The notes below the pieces were generated by a model. The model was not told where the DNA came from and ran no database searches. It saw nothing but the letters and a program-made list of their open reading frames with translations. Shown piece by piece: positions 24,442 through 37,294 of a stretch of 64,000 bases of DNA (positions are counted from its first letter, which is position 1; each line of letters starts with the position of its first letter). A program made the translations under genes and the position numbers. Source of the stretch: Macrostomum hystrix (Eukaryota > Animalia > Platyhelminthes); contig CATNEN010000026.1 of the NCBI GenBank assembly GCA_950097015.1, positions 1,116,001 through 1,180,000 of the forward strand. Reading direction: 5' to 3'.

Positions 24442-25146
24442 TCAGGTGTGATCTGACACAGGCATTCAGACTGTCAGGTGTGATCTGACACAGGCATTCA
24501 GACTGTCAGGTGTGATCTGACACGGGTATTCAGACTGTCAGGTGTGATCTGACACAGGCATTCAGACTGTCAGGTGTGATCTGACACAGGCATTCAGACT
24601 GTCAGGTGTGATCTGACACAGGCATTCAGACTGTCAGGTGTGATCTGACACAGGCATTCAGACTGTCAGGTGTGATCTGACACAGGCATTCAGACTGTCA
24701 GGTGTGATCTGACACAGGCATTCAGACTGTCAGGTGTGATCTGACACAGGCATTCTGACTGTCAGGTGTGATCTGACACAGGCATTCTGACTGTCAGGTG
24801 TGATCTGACACAGGCATTCAGACTGTCAGGTGTAATCTGACACAGGTATTCAGACTGTCAGGTGTGATCTGACACAGGCATTCTGACTGTCAGGTGTGAT
24901 CTGACACAGGCATTCTGACTATCAGGTGTGATCTGACACAGGCATTCAGACTGTCAGGTGTGATCTGACACAGGCATACAGACTGTCAGGTGTGATCTGA
25001 CACAGGGCATTCAGACTGTCAGGTGTGATCTGACACAGGGCATTCAGACTGTCAGGTGTGATCTGACACAGGCATTCAGACTGTCAGGTGTGATCTGACA
25101 CAGGCATTCAGACTGTCAGGTGTGATCTGACACAGGCATTCTGACT
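24442..25146. repeat. 32-bp minisatellite (tgtcaggtgtgatctgacacaggcattcagac), about 22 copies
   Basis: Period 32 with internal inverted repeat tgtcag/ctgaca. Contiguous units without spacers, so not CRISPR. Confidence 0.95.
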
Positions 25147-25959
25147 GCCATGTATGACCAATGAGCAAGATGTGGTTTTTTCTGACCATTCATTTTTACC
25201 GCATCTCAGTTGGTCTTAGATTTTTATTACTCAAACCTAATCACAGACCCAATCCGACAAGTTTGAGTAATTTTCAGCTAATTCTTGCTGCAATTAAAGA
25301 AGCAATTTTTTCAAGCTACTAAAACCAGTTGAACAAATTTTCTGAAAATGTGAAATATTTTTTAGCTAGCGTAAAATATATTAGCATAGGTTTTTATTGT
25401 CTTCAGGATCCGTTCAAAAAGTAACTGACCTTTTTGCTTTCGCTCGCTTCGTATTGAAAAATACTAAATGTTCTCAGTGTCTTTTAACAAGTTTATTTTG
25501 CCTTTGTGGCTAAAAAATATCTATTTAAACAAAACATTTATTCTGAAAATCTTATAGCTCGTGATAATAGCAAGTAAGCATGATTGAAACATGGTTAAAG
25601 TAAGTGATGCAAATCGATTACCGCATTTTATGTAGATAAATAAATTATCTAAGCGCTCATACTACTGTTAGTAGCTGTAATATTATTAGTACAGATAGAA
25701 AATGCAGCAGCAGGCAAACAGGCACTATGGACTCTTTTTGGTAAATCATTTTGGAATATGAAAATATTTATCTGCATACAATGTGCGCGCACGTGAGTGT
25801 AAGTTTATATTGCTATCAGATGAGAATGCGGCAGTTGATGGCTAGCTAGCTGCAGGTATAAGACAGAGAGCTTTATAAGAATTGTTATTCTGGTATCATG
25901 ATTGGGTAATCGACTAATGAGAACTACGACTATGCATCCAGGTCATGAGAAAGAGCAAT

Positions 25960-26375
25960 AGGGTAATGGGAATTGGGTAATCGGTTAATGAGAATTGGAT
26001 GATCGGGTAATGAGAATTGGATGATCGGGTAATGAAATTGGGTAATTGGGTAATGAGAATTGGGTAATCGGGTAATGAGAATTTGGTAATCGGATAATGA
26101 GAATTTGGTAATTGGGTAATGAGAATTTGGTAATTGGGTAATGAGAATTCGGTAATTGGGTAATGAGAATTTGGTAATTGGGTAATGAGAATTTGGTAAT
26201 TGGGTAATGAGAATTTGGTAATTGGGTAATGAGAATTTGGTAATTGGGTAATGAGAATTTGGTAATTGGGTAATGAGAATTCGGTAATCGGGTAATGAAA
26301 ATTTGGTAATCGGGTAATGAAAATTTGGTAATCGGGTAATGAGAATTGGGTAATCGGGTAATGAGAATTGGGTAA
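25960..26375. repeat. 22-bp minisatellite (gggtaatgagaatttggtaatt) just 3' of the Rab gene stop
   Basis: Period 22; ORF 25914-26477 is an artefact. Confidence 0.93.
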
Positions 26376-26445
26376 TCTACTCACCCAGAGAGTATCATAC
26401 CCTGCTTCAATGGTCCCGCCTGCACCCTGTCCAATCGCAGTCGGG

Positions 26446-29400
26446 CTACAATGAGCAACAGCCTTTCTTCTTTTCAATATCGGCGCTTATCTTGATGGCG
26501 TTCCTCAGCTGCTTGTCTTCACGCTCGCGAAGAAGCCTGCGGAATGGAATTAAATATTTGAACACTGTTAGTTGTCTAACAGTTGGCCTCATTGTCTAAC
26601 AGGTAGCCTGATTGTCTAACAGTTGGCCTCATTGTCTAACAGGTAGCCTCATTGTCTAACAGGTAGCCTCATTGTCTAACAGGTAGCCTCATTGTCTAAC
26701 AGGTAGCCTCATTGTCTAACAGGTAGCCTCATTGTCTAACAGGTAGCCTCATTGTCTAACAGGTAGTCTCATTGTCTAACAGGTAGTCTCATTGTCTAAC
26801 AGGTAGCCTCATTGTCTAACAGGTAGCCTCATTGTCTAACAGGTAGCCTCATTGTCTAACAGGTAGCCTCATTGTCTAACAGGTAGCCTCATTGTCTAAC
26901 AGGTAGCCTCATTGTCTAACAGGTAGCCTCATTGTCTAACAGGTAGCCTCATTGTCTAACAGGTAGCCTCATTGTCTAACAGGTAGCCTCATTGTCTAAC
27001 AGGTAGTCTCATTGTCTAACAGGTAGTCTCATTGTCTAACAGGTAGCCTCATTGTCTAACAGGTAGCCTCATTGTCTAACAGGTAGCCTCATTGTCTAAC
27101 AGGTAGCCTCATTGTCTAACAGGTAGCCTCATTGTCTAACAGGTAGCCTCATTGTCTAACAGGTAGCCTCATTGTCTAACAGGTAGCTTTTGTTGTCTAA
27201 GAATAAATAACTAAGAGGTATCTTCATCAGTCGAAATTCATTGTCTCGGATGCTAATAGAAGTGAAAGTCGAACACTTGCATGGCGAATTTGACGAAGGC
27301 CTCGCTAACGGAGGCGCCGCTCTTGGCGCTGACCTCGAAGAACAAGGCCGGCGCATCTCCGGAGTCGTTGCACTCGTCGACTAACCGCTGGGCCGCATCG
27401 GCGTCCACCACCCTGGCAGCTGGTGCTGCGCCCTTCACCTTCTTTGTCTGCGTCAGCAGGTCCACCTTGTTGCCTAGCAGCAGCTTCACTGCACTGTCGC
27501 CGTCGCCCTCCTGGACGCAGTCGAGCCACTCGCGCAGGTGCAGATAGCTCTGGGCGTTGGTGACGTCATAGACAATCACGATGCCGTCAGCTTTGCGAAA
27601 GTACTGCTTGGTAATGCTGCGGAATCTGCACGAATGCACCGGAGATCACTCTCTGCACTGACCATAGACAGAATAGAGCGATGCTACACACTCCATCATC
27701 TGCATTGACCATAGACAGAATAGAGCGATGCTACACACTCCATCATCTGCATTGACCATAGACAGAATAGAGCGATGCTACACACTCCATCATCTGCATT
27801 GACCATAGACAGAATAGAGCGATGCTACACACTCCATCATCTGCATTGACCATAGACAGAATAGAGCGATGCTACACATTCCATCATCTGCATTGACACA
27901 CTCGTAAGCAACACACAAGTAGTTCAAACAATGCGGTCCGCATGAGCAGCAGACAATTGGCGACGGTGTTTGATTAGAAAGCATGAGACAGAGCACATAC
28001 TCGTAGAACAGGGGTTTGCCTGTGTATCAAATCGGGTTAGTGACGCCAGATTTCTCTTGACAGTCTTTGCAAGGCCTCGAACTAGTTCTTGAAAAGTTGG
28101 TTTCGGCGGCCATTGAAACCGAGTGCTCGACTTGTTTGCTCAATTGACCGGAAACACGTGCTCAAAAATTCCTAATAAATTTGGAGCAGCCAGCAGTGCA
28201 AGTTGGACAATTCAACGACTAACAGTCAAACTCAGACTCTCAGCCTCATCAAGAGACAGCTCTGACCCGACTCAATCATGAAGTGGCAGCTCGCTCTCGG
28301 ACTCCTGCTGTGCGCCGCCCTGGCCGCCGCCAGCCCCAGCCAGCAGTCGGATGAGGCGGACACCCTGGCCGCCCTGGAGGCCCTGTCCAACATCGAGGGT
28401 CTGTCGGACGAGGGAGCCGTGCACCTGGCCAAGAAGGGCATCCGCATCAGGAAGGTCATCCGCGTCATCAGGACCATCAAGGATGTCGCCGGTGCCATCG
28501 CCAAGTGAATACCAGACCGCCGACCTGACACTGAACTGACGAAACCACAATCGACTAAACTAGGCTCCCTACAATCTATTAACAAAAACAATATCAGTAC
28601 AAAGAGCTCTATGCGCACAATTAGCACCTGAGCTTATGTCAAGCTCAGGCGTCAGTGAAATAAAAAGCCTCAACTTTTTCTCCATATTAATTGATTCGGA
28701 TTCGCTTATTATTTTTCATTCGAATCGTGTAATGCGGCGATGATTTTCTGAGATATGAATTGATGAGGCTCAGGCCACTGAAGGCCAGCTGCTCACCTCT
28801 CCTGACCCGCCGTGTCCCACAGCTGCAGCGCAATCACCTGGCCCTCCAGCTCCATCGCCTTCACCTGGAAGTCGATGCCAATTGTGGCTGCGAATGTCGA
28901 CTTGAAGGCGTTCTGGCACAGTCGGTGAATCACTGAACTCTTGCCGACGCCCGAGTCGCCGATGAACACCACCTTGAAGACGCGCTCTGGTGCTCGTGTC
29001 ACCGCCTTCATGGTGGTGGCAGCAATAGAAGCCATTGTACTCGGCGTGTTCGAATAGCGGTAGTTAAAAAAATCATACAAGCTCTTACAAAACAAGCGGC
29101 CTCTGAAACTGACTCATGTCCGAGGAATTCATCGTCGTCTTCGTCTCCGGCGCCTTCAGGTGACTCGCGAACTTCGTGCGGCCTTTAGTAGCGCAGTTTG
29201 AAGGGTGAAAAAATGTTTAACGGTAGAAAAACTAGTTTTTAATCCCTGGGGAAGACCACTGGGGTATTTCAAATACCCCCTGCCTACTTCACGATAGCTC
29301 AGAAACCGAATGATCGATGATCTTGTCGAAGCTCCTGGTGACAAGGACAACTAATATCTGTATAAACCTATGTGGCGATTCCATATTGGTTAAATTATGA

Positions 29401-32400
29401 ATAAATTAACAATTTAATCAACCCAAAAAGCCACCATTCGGGACTCTGGACTCACTCAGCGCCAGGTGACAGCGGCAGTGGCTCGAGATGCAGCGGCTCC
29501 AGCGGCAGCAGTGACAGCGGCTTCGACGGCTCGTCCGTCTGAACCTCAATCTCGCACAGCACTGGAGGAGGGGTTGGCAACGCAGGCGACGGTTGCGGCA
29601 TCGTCGGGGCGATCATCAGAGTCGGGGTCGGGCTGGGACACGGTGTCACCATTGTGGCGATCTCGGCGGTCTCCCGTGCTGACTCTGTTGCCCCCGCGGC
29701 GAAGGCTGTCGCAGCCACGGTGGCGCAGATTAGTTCCTCTTGGACCTCCGCCTCCTCTTCGAGCTCCTCGATTGAACCGTCGAATTCGATGTCGTCTATG
29801 GGCAGAAATTTTGCGCCGGACATGTCGTCGAATTCGCAGCCGTCGTCCGGTCCGCCCATGATGTCTGCCAGGGTTTCGCCGCTGCGGGAAAAATGGGCGG
29901 TCGATAATGTGCTGATGATCATGTGGCGTGATCTCTAGGGCTTCTTTGAAAGTTCACTCAGGGTTCCCTAAGGGTTCATCCAAGGATTTCCAGATCCTTG
30001 ATCATTTCCAGATCATTAAACAATCAACGATTGTTTAATGTTTATCCTCTACTCTCCTGGATTCCCCAAGCGATCCTAGAATTCCTCAAGGATTCCCTTG
30101 GGGATTCTCCGAAATTCCCTTAAAATTCTACAGAATTCCCCCCAGGAATCTCCCGAGTTCCCTCAGGATTCCCCTTAATTCCCTAACGATTCTCCGGCAT
30201 TCCTTCGGGATTCTCCAGTAATTCCCTTAGGATTCTCTGGAGTTCCCTTAGGATTCTCTAGAGTTCCCTTAGGATTCTCAGGAGTTTCGTTTGGATTCTC
30301 CGGAATTCCCTAAGGATTCTCCGGAATTCCCTTAGGATTTTCCAGAATCCCCCCAGGAATATCCCGAGTTGCAATCTACCAGTGGATTTCTGATTTCCCC
30401 GAAGGAACTCCGGAATTACCCAAGGGATTCGCCAGTTGTTTCAGAGTACCTTAATATCCCAAATGTATTCCCTCAGGACTCTTCAGCTCCGCTGACTCAC
30501 CCGGCAACCACAGCCGCTGACGCCAGCAAGCACTGCAGCGATTCCTGTCTGTTGAAGTCACGCAGTCCGTCTGTCTGTCCCTCGCCACCCGGCTCTCTAA
30601 AGTGCACGATCTCGCCGAAACCGGCGCCAGCTCTGCCCAGCCCGCCCGCAATGTCGCTCTCGTCCTTCAGACGCCGATTGTCGTTGCGTAGGGACTCCAG
30701 CTGGCGGACAAGATTCTCCCGCTCCAGCGCGATGCCCTCAGTCAGGCGCATCGCCGACTGGACGCGTCGCCTTCGGTCCTCCTTGAACTTGCGCTGCAGC
30801 TCCTCCACGTAGCTCTTGGACTCATCTAGGGCTTCGCGAGAGTCAGCGAGCTCGGCCTCCAGGGCGTCGCGCTCTTTGCCGAGCCGTTCGTTCTCTTGGG
30901 CCGACTCAGAATGCGCGTGGTTGAGCTCCACCAGCCGCTTCTCCAACTGCGGGTTGCGGGGCATGATTTGTCAGCTACGGGATTGCGAATGCAACAATAA
31001 GAAACTAAGTAACGAATGCATTTTGTAACAAAATAGTTAACTGATAGGTTGAAGTGCAAACTGTTTCATTATTAACGAATTCAAATGTCAAAGTTTGATT
31101 CAGTCAAGATTGGATTATTTATTGTTCGACTGACTAAACAAAATGTATTATTAACGGATTAAAAAATTTCCGTATTTAATCTTAAACAAACTTGATTATT
31201 AACGGATTCGAATTTAAACAAATTAAACTTTAACGGATTGGATTATTACCGGATCGTATTATTACCGGATTGGATTATTATTGAAATAAATTTTTAATGG
31301 ATTGGATTATCACCGGATTAAATTTTAGACGTCTTGCTTTTTAAAGGATTGGATCATTAACGGATTGGATAATTAACGGATTGGATTATTAACGGATTGG
31401 ATTATTAACGTATTCGATTATTAACGGATTGGATTATTAACGAATTGGATCATTAACGGATTGGATAATTAACGGATTGGAATATTAACGGATTGGAATA
31501 TTAACGGATTGGATTATTAACGGATTGGATTATTAACGGATTGGATCATTAACGGATTGGATAATTAACGGATTGGATTATTAACTGATTGGATTACTTA
31601 CGGATTGGATTATTAACGGATTGGATCATTAACGGATTGGATCATTAACGGATTGGATAATTAACGGATTGGAATATTAACGGATTGGATTATTAACGGA
31701 TTGGATTATTAACGGATTGGATAATTAACGGATTTGATCATTAACGGATTGGATAATTAACGGATTGGATTATTAACTGATTGGATTACTTACGGATTGG
31801 ATTATTAACGGATTGGATCATTAACGGATTGGATCATTAATGGATTGGATAATTAACGTATTGGAATATTAACGGATTGGATTATTAACGGATTGGATTA
31901 TTAACGGATCGGATTATTAACGGATCGGATTTAGAACGGATTGAATTATTGATTGGATTGGATTTCTAACGGATTGGATTATTACCGGATTAAACTCTAG
32001 ACGTCTTGTTTTTTAGCGGATTGAATCATTAACGGATTAGATAATTAACGGATTGGATTTATAACGGATTGAATTATTGATTGGATTGGATTACTAACGG
32101 ATTGGATTATTAACGGATTGGATCATTAACGGATTGGATCATTAACGGATTAGATTATTAACCGATTTAATTATTAACGGATTGGATTACTAACGGATTG
32201 GATTATGAACGTATTGGATTATTAACGGATTGGATTATTAACGGATTAGATTATTAACGGATTGGATTATTAACGGATCGGGTTATTAACGGATTGGGTT
32301 ATTAATTCGATTAGATTATCAATCTAGCGGGTTGGATTATCAATCTAACGGATTGGATTATCAATCTAACGGATTGGATTATCAATCTAACGGATTGGGT

Positions 32401-35400
32401 TATTATCGGAGTTGAAAAGCAACGTATTCTAATTAAGTAGATGGCTTAATTAACGAATTAAATTAGCAGCACAGAACTGAAACAATTAGTTGTTTACCCT
32501 CTCGTGGTTCTTCATCAGTTCGTGACACAGTTTTTCCTTCTCCATGATCTCCCTGTTCATCTCCTCTCGCAGCTGCCTCTCTCTCCCCCGCTCCTCGGCC
32601 AGAACCCTGGCTCGCTCGGCCCTGATCTGCGACTCCATCTCTTCGTACAGCCGGCGCATCTCCTCTTCGTGCGCTGTCAGTTTACTGAATTTTATTTGAT
32701 TTTCTAACAATTTTATTTGAGAATAAACAAAAAATGCTATCCTTCTACTCACGAATTGAGTTAGGAATTAGACTTACGTTCGCATAGTTCTCTCCAGATT
32801 TCTGTAACTATTGTGACTCTTCATGATCTCGTCCGTCATCTTGCTAACTAGGCACTCGAGGCAGGGCACAAGGTCCGGCTGCTCCACCTGGAGACGGGCC
32901 CACAGGTCGCGAAGGCTTTCCTCACTGAAATTCGTTCAGTTGAATTGTGAATCTATAGCGTCAGTTCAGGCGAATAACCATGGATGTAAGTGGTTGCTAT
33001 GACCGAATAATCATGGATGTTAGTGGTTGCTACGACCGAATAACCATGTATGTTAGTGGTTGCTACGACCGAATAACCATGTATGTTAGTGGTTGCTACG
33101 ACCGAATAACCATGTATGTTAGTGGTTGCTATGACCGAATAATCATGGATGTAAGTGGTTGCTATGACCTAATAACCATGTATGTTAGTGGTTGCTATGA
33201 CCGAATAATCATGGATGTAAGTGGTTGCTATGACCGAATAATCATGGATGTTAGTGGTTGCTATGACCGAATAATCATGGATTTAAGTGGTTGCTACGAC
33301 TGAATAACCATGGATGTAAGTGGTTGCTACGACCGAATAATCATGGATGTAAGTGGTTGCTACGACTGAATAACCATGGATTTAAGTGGTTGCTACGACC
33401 GAATAATCATTGATGTTAGTGGTTGCTATGACCGAATAATCATGGATGTTAGTGGTTGCTATGACCGAATAATCATGGATTTAAGTGGTTGCTACGACTG
33501 AATAACCATGGATGTAAGTGGTTGCTACGACTGAATAATCATGGATGTAAGTGGTTGCTACGACTGAATAACCATGGATTTAAGTGGTTGCTACGACCGA
33601 ATAATCATTGATGTTAGTGGTTGCTACGACCGAATAATCATGGATGTTAGTGGTTGGTACGACCGAATAATCATGGATGTAAGTGGTTGCTACGACCGAA
33701 TAATCATGGATGTAAGTGGTTGCTACGACCGAATAATCATTGATGTTAGTGGTTGGTACGACCGAATAATCATGGATGTTAGTGGTTGGTACGACCGAAT
33801 AATCATGGATGTAAGTGGTTGGTACGACCGAATAATCATGGATGTTAGTGGTTGCTATGACCGAATAATCAGGAAGGTAAATGATTGGTGAATAATTAAT
33901 AAACTTATTGACTGAAAAATCGTAGTGCTAGTAGATTTTTTATAGCTTCTAAACAAGCAAAAATGTTTTCATTTACAATTTACCTGGCTTTTTTCCTAAA
34001 GAAACAGAAAATGAAAAATAATTTTGCATTTCAGCATACTCAACTCATCAATTTGAATGAAATAATTTCTTAGTTTAATTATAGAAGGCTTGTGGGTTTC
34101 AATTTACGTCTATAGGGAGGGGCCAGCCCCAGCAAGGCGCAGAGAGACTGTCACTGCCTAATGATAAGAAAGTCATGCAGATGTACACACATGTCCTCAG
34201 GAGTCAGCGGAATGGGCAGAATTGTCGAATCCTCAGGATAATCCTCAGGATAATCCACAGGAGAATCCACTGGAGAATCCTCAGGGCAGAATCCACAAGA
34301 GAATCCACAGGAGAATTCACATGAAGAATCCACAGGAGAATCCTCAGAAGAACCCACAGAAGAATCCTCAGAAGAATCCACAGGGAAAATCCACATGAGA
34401 ATCCACAGGAGAATCCACAGGAGAATCCGCAGGAGAATCCACAGGAGAATTCACATGAAGAATCCACAGGAGAATCGTCAGAAGAACCCACAGAAGAATC
34501 CTCAGAAGAATCCACAGGGAAAATCCACATGAGAATCCACAGGAGAATCTTCAGAAGAATCCACAGGAGAATCCTCAGGAGAATCCACAGGAGAATCCAC
34601 AGGAGAATCCTCAGAAGAATCCACAGGAGAATCCACAGGAGAATCCACAGGAGAATCCACAGGAGAATCCACATGAGAATCCACAGAAGAATCCACAGAA
34701 GAATCCACAGAAGAATCCACAGAAGAATCCACAGAAGAATCCACAGAAGCCGGTCTAACAGTGGATGTGAGAGATTCCAAGAAAGCAGGCGAGCCGGCGG
34801 AGGCACTCACTCCTGGAAGACACCGGACGACACCAGTTTACTCAAGGTCTGATGAAAATGTTGGTCGTCATCAACGCAGTATTCGTCACAATTGCCGCCA
34901 GCGCCGCCGCTGTGACAGGACTCGGTGCCGGGAGTCGATGACGCAGCTGCGATGCCAGCGAAGGTACCTGCAGTTTTTTACCACACAAAACTGACATTCT
35001 AGATTTGTTCTCGTGACCTATTTAATTAGTTAATATTAATCTAAAGTTTACAGTAATTTTATATTTACAGTTATTTACATTTTTTACATTTACGGTTTTA
35101 CAGTAATCTACAGTTTTACAGTAATCTACAGTTTTACAGTAATCTACAGTTTTACAGTAATCTACAGTTTTACAGTAATCTACAGTTTTACAGTAATCTA
35201 CAGTTTTACAGTAATCTACAGTTTTACAGTAATCTACAGTTTTACAGTAATCTACAGTTTTACAGTAATCTACAGTTTTACAGTAATCTACAGTTTTACA
35301 GTAATCTACAGTTTTACAGTAATCTACAGTTTTACAGTAATCTACAGTTTTACTGTATTCTTCAGTTTTACACTAGTCTACAGTTTACAGTAGTCTACAG

Positions 35401-35698
35401 ATGATAATAACCTTTACAGACAAACGGGAAACAACAACATAGACAGTCATTTAGCAAAAATCCTCTCCCCCAACTCACCGAACCCATCTGTGAATTCCTG
35501 AAGTGTCAGCTTGCCGTTTCTGTCCACATCAAGCTTGTCGAACACATCTTCCACCTGTTCGGCGGTGAGTGACAGCAGGCTGCAAAGCTGCCGCATGTCG
35601 GTGCGGACAATGTGACCCTTGCCGGCGCTGTCGCAGATGCTGAACAGCTCGGCGGCTTTGGCTGCAAGCAGAGCCCTCAGCTCCGAGTCCGCTGACAT
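26446..35698 (-). CDS. RASEF: Large Rab GTPase with N-terminal EF-hands and coiled coil (RASEF/Rab45 - CRACR2A/Rab46 - Rab44 group)
   Basis: Exons 35698-35479 (EF-hands, DKLDVDRNGKLTLQEF), 34967-34811, 32924-32778 (LRDLWARL), 32684-32498 (EEMRRLYEEMESQI), 30946-30501, 29881-29456, 29182-29089, about 29039-28797 (GDSGVGKS, TIGIDF, WDTAGQER; acceptor uncertain), 27625-27281 (FRSITKQYFRKADG, GNKVD, EVSAK) and 26536-26446 (ends KKKGCCSL*, prenylation motif). Phases are consistent except at the exon 7/8 junction. Orthology within the three-member group is not resolvable here. Confidence 0.9.
26570..27197. repeat. Near-perfect 20-bp minisatellite (cattgtctaacaggtagcct), about 31 copies, last Rab intron
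   Basis: Exact period 20. Confidence 0.97.
27655..27897. repeat. 47-bp minisatellite, about 5 copies, intronic
   Basis: Unit accatagacagaatagagcgatgctacacactccatcatctgcattg. Confidence 0.95.
28278..28508 (+). CDS. Antimicrobial-peptide-like prepropeptide (76 aa) nested antisense in a Rab-gene intron
   Basis: Signal MKWQLALGLLLCAALAAA, acidic propiece, dibasic KK, then mature GIRIRKVIRVIRTIKDVAGAIAK. Third codon positions are nearly all G/C. AATAAA at 28659-28664. Confidence 0.85.
   Translation: MKWQLALGLLLCAALAAASPSQQSDEADTLAALEALSNIEGLSDEGAVHLAKKGIRIRKVIRVIRTIKDVAGAIAK
29960..30450. repeat. Degenerate ~20-bp repeat (gaattcccttaggattctcc), intronic
   Basis: Recurrent attccc/ggattctc motifs. 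Confidence 0.75.
31190..32400. repeat. 16-bp minisatellite (ttaacggattggatta), intronic
   Basis: Period 16 with variants. Confidence 0.95.
32978..33870. repeat. 33-bp minisatellite (atggatgtaagtggttgctacgaccgaataatc), intronic
   Basis: Period 33; source of MDVSGCYDRII ORFs. Confidence 0.95.
34083..34225 (+). mobile_element. 5'-truncated SINE-like family A copy
   Basis: ctgcctaatgataagaaagtc...gtacacac...ctcaggagtcagcggaatgggcaga aligns with the sense strand of 52670-52955 and 22255-22510. Confidence 0.7.
34225..34748. repeat. 12-bp minisatellite (gaatccacagga)
   Basis: Period 12, directly abutting the SINE fragment. Confidence 0.93.
35095..35395. repeat. 18-bp minisatellite (cagttttacagtaatcta), intronic
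   Basis: Period 18. Confidence 0.95.
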
Positions 35699-36379
35699 GT
35701 CTTTTGCAACCTTCCGCGGTCTTCTGAAGTCTACTAACAGAGTGCCTTGGCTATATCTGGTCAGCTCAAAGTCTAAAATAATATTTCTCAACCCCCGCCA
35801 GTCTGTTCTCGACTTCCCAAACCAGTTGCAAAGCCCTTTCCGCCAATAGATAAATTCGTGATAAACAGCTTGGTTGCTTCAGGCCATTGTGCAGTTCGCG
35901 TGAGCACTAAGCAACAGCGGAGTATAGCTTTGCTCTTTGCCGTGTCGGAGTTGGGGTTGGCTGGGCTCTTACTGAGAGAGCAGAAAATCGATATCCGATT
36001 GGCAGTGGCAGAGTGAGCTCTCTGGTGGCTCTCCGACTCTATTGGAAGCCCATATTCAGTTTCAGAGGCCTGAAAGCATGGGCTGCTCCTTTGTCCTAGC
36101 TTGCTAGGAGATCTACAACTTCCCCGATTAACAGTCGCCCACACGTTTGGCAAACATCAAGCACTAATCCAATTGATAATACAGCCAACTACGTGACCCC
36201 GCTGAGCTAATATTTTTGTTTTTTCAGCCGTTTCTGAATGTCATTGTAGTAGCCACACACATGCCCAAATCACTGTCAGTTTAAACTTGACAAAGTTCAA
36301 TATGTTATAATTGAACTGGAGTCATGTGACCAGTTTTTAATATAAAATGGTTTCCTGCCGACTGAAGGTTAGTTATTTT

Positions 36380-36980
36380 TGCTGGAAGGATTGCTGAATT
36401 CTGTGCTGGAAGGATTGCTGAATTGTGTGCTGGAAGGATTGCTGAATTGTGTGCTGGTAGGATTGTTGAATTGTGTGCTGGAAGGATTGCTGAATTGTGT
36501 GCTGGAAGGATTGCTGAATTGTGTGCTGGAAGGATTGCTGAATTCTGTGCTGGAAGGATTGCTGAATTGTGTGCTGGAAGGATTGCTGAATTGTGTGCTG
36601 GAAGGATTGCTGAATTGTGTGCTGGAAGGATTGCTGAATTGTGTGCTGGAAGGATTGCTGAATTGTGTGCTGGAAGGATTGCTGAATTGTGTGCTGGAAG
36701 GATTGCTGAATTGTGTGCTGGAAGGATTGCTGAATTGTGTGCTGGAAGGATTGCTGAATTGTGTGCTGGAAGGATTGCTGAATTGTGTGCTGGAAGGATT
36801 GCTGAATTGTGTGCTGGAAGGATTGCTGAATTGTGTGCTGGAAGGATTGCTGAATTCTGTGCTGGAAGGATTGCTGAATTGTGTGCTGGAATGATTGCTG
36901 AATTGTGTGCTGGAAGGATTGCTGAATTGTGTGCTGGTAGGATTGCTGAATTGTGTGCTGGAAGGATTGCTGAATTCTGT
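36380..36980. repeat. 24-bp minisatellite (tgctggaaggattgctgaattgtg), about 25 copies
   Basis: Period 24; ORFs on both strands are artefacts. Confidence 0.96.
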
Positions 36981-37294
36981 ACTTGTTTAGCTGCCGAGAA
37001 ATGAACGATATATTTTAATGCAAGCAGAGACACGAAAAAAGTGTAATAAATATATTATTTTTTTTTCTATAGAAATGCCAAGGTTACTGCTTGCGAACAA
37101 AAGGCTTTAATCCAGGATTAAAAATAATCTCCTAAAAATTATTGTCTGGATTAGTAAAAAAAGAACAGAACGAAGTGTTGAAGATTACAAATAAGGTACA
37201 TATTATGCTAGCAAAAATATGGCTAGAGCATTTCACGCTCACACAAAAGACTAAACAGGGGGCAGTATATGCGCATGGGGTGTAGTGCCTGTGT

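Noticed and set aside
24442-25146. CRISPR-like 32-bp partly palindromic repeats
   Set aside because: No unique spacers, no cas genes, eukaryotic context.
25960-26375. Telomere-like GGGTAA motif array
   Set aside because: The unit is 22 bp, not (TTAGGG)n; it is an ordinary minisatellite.
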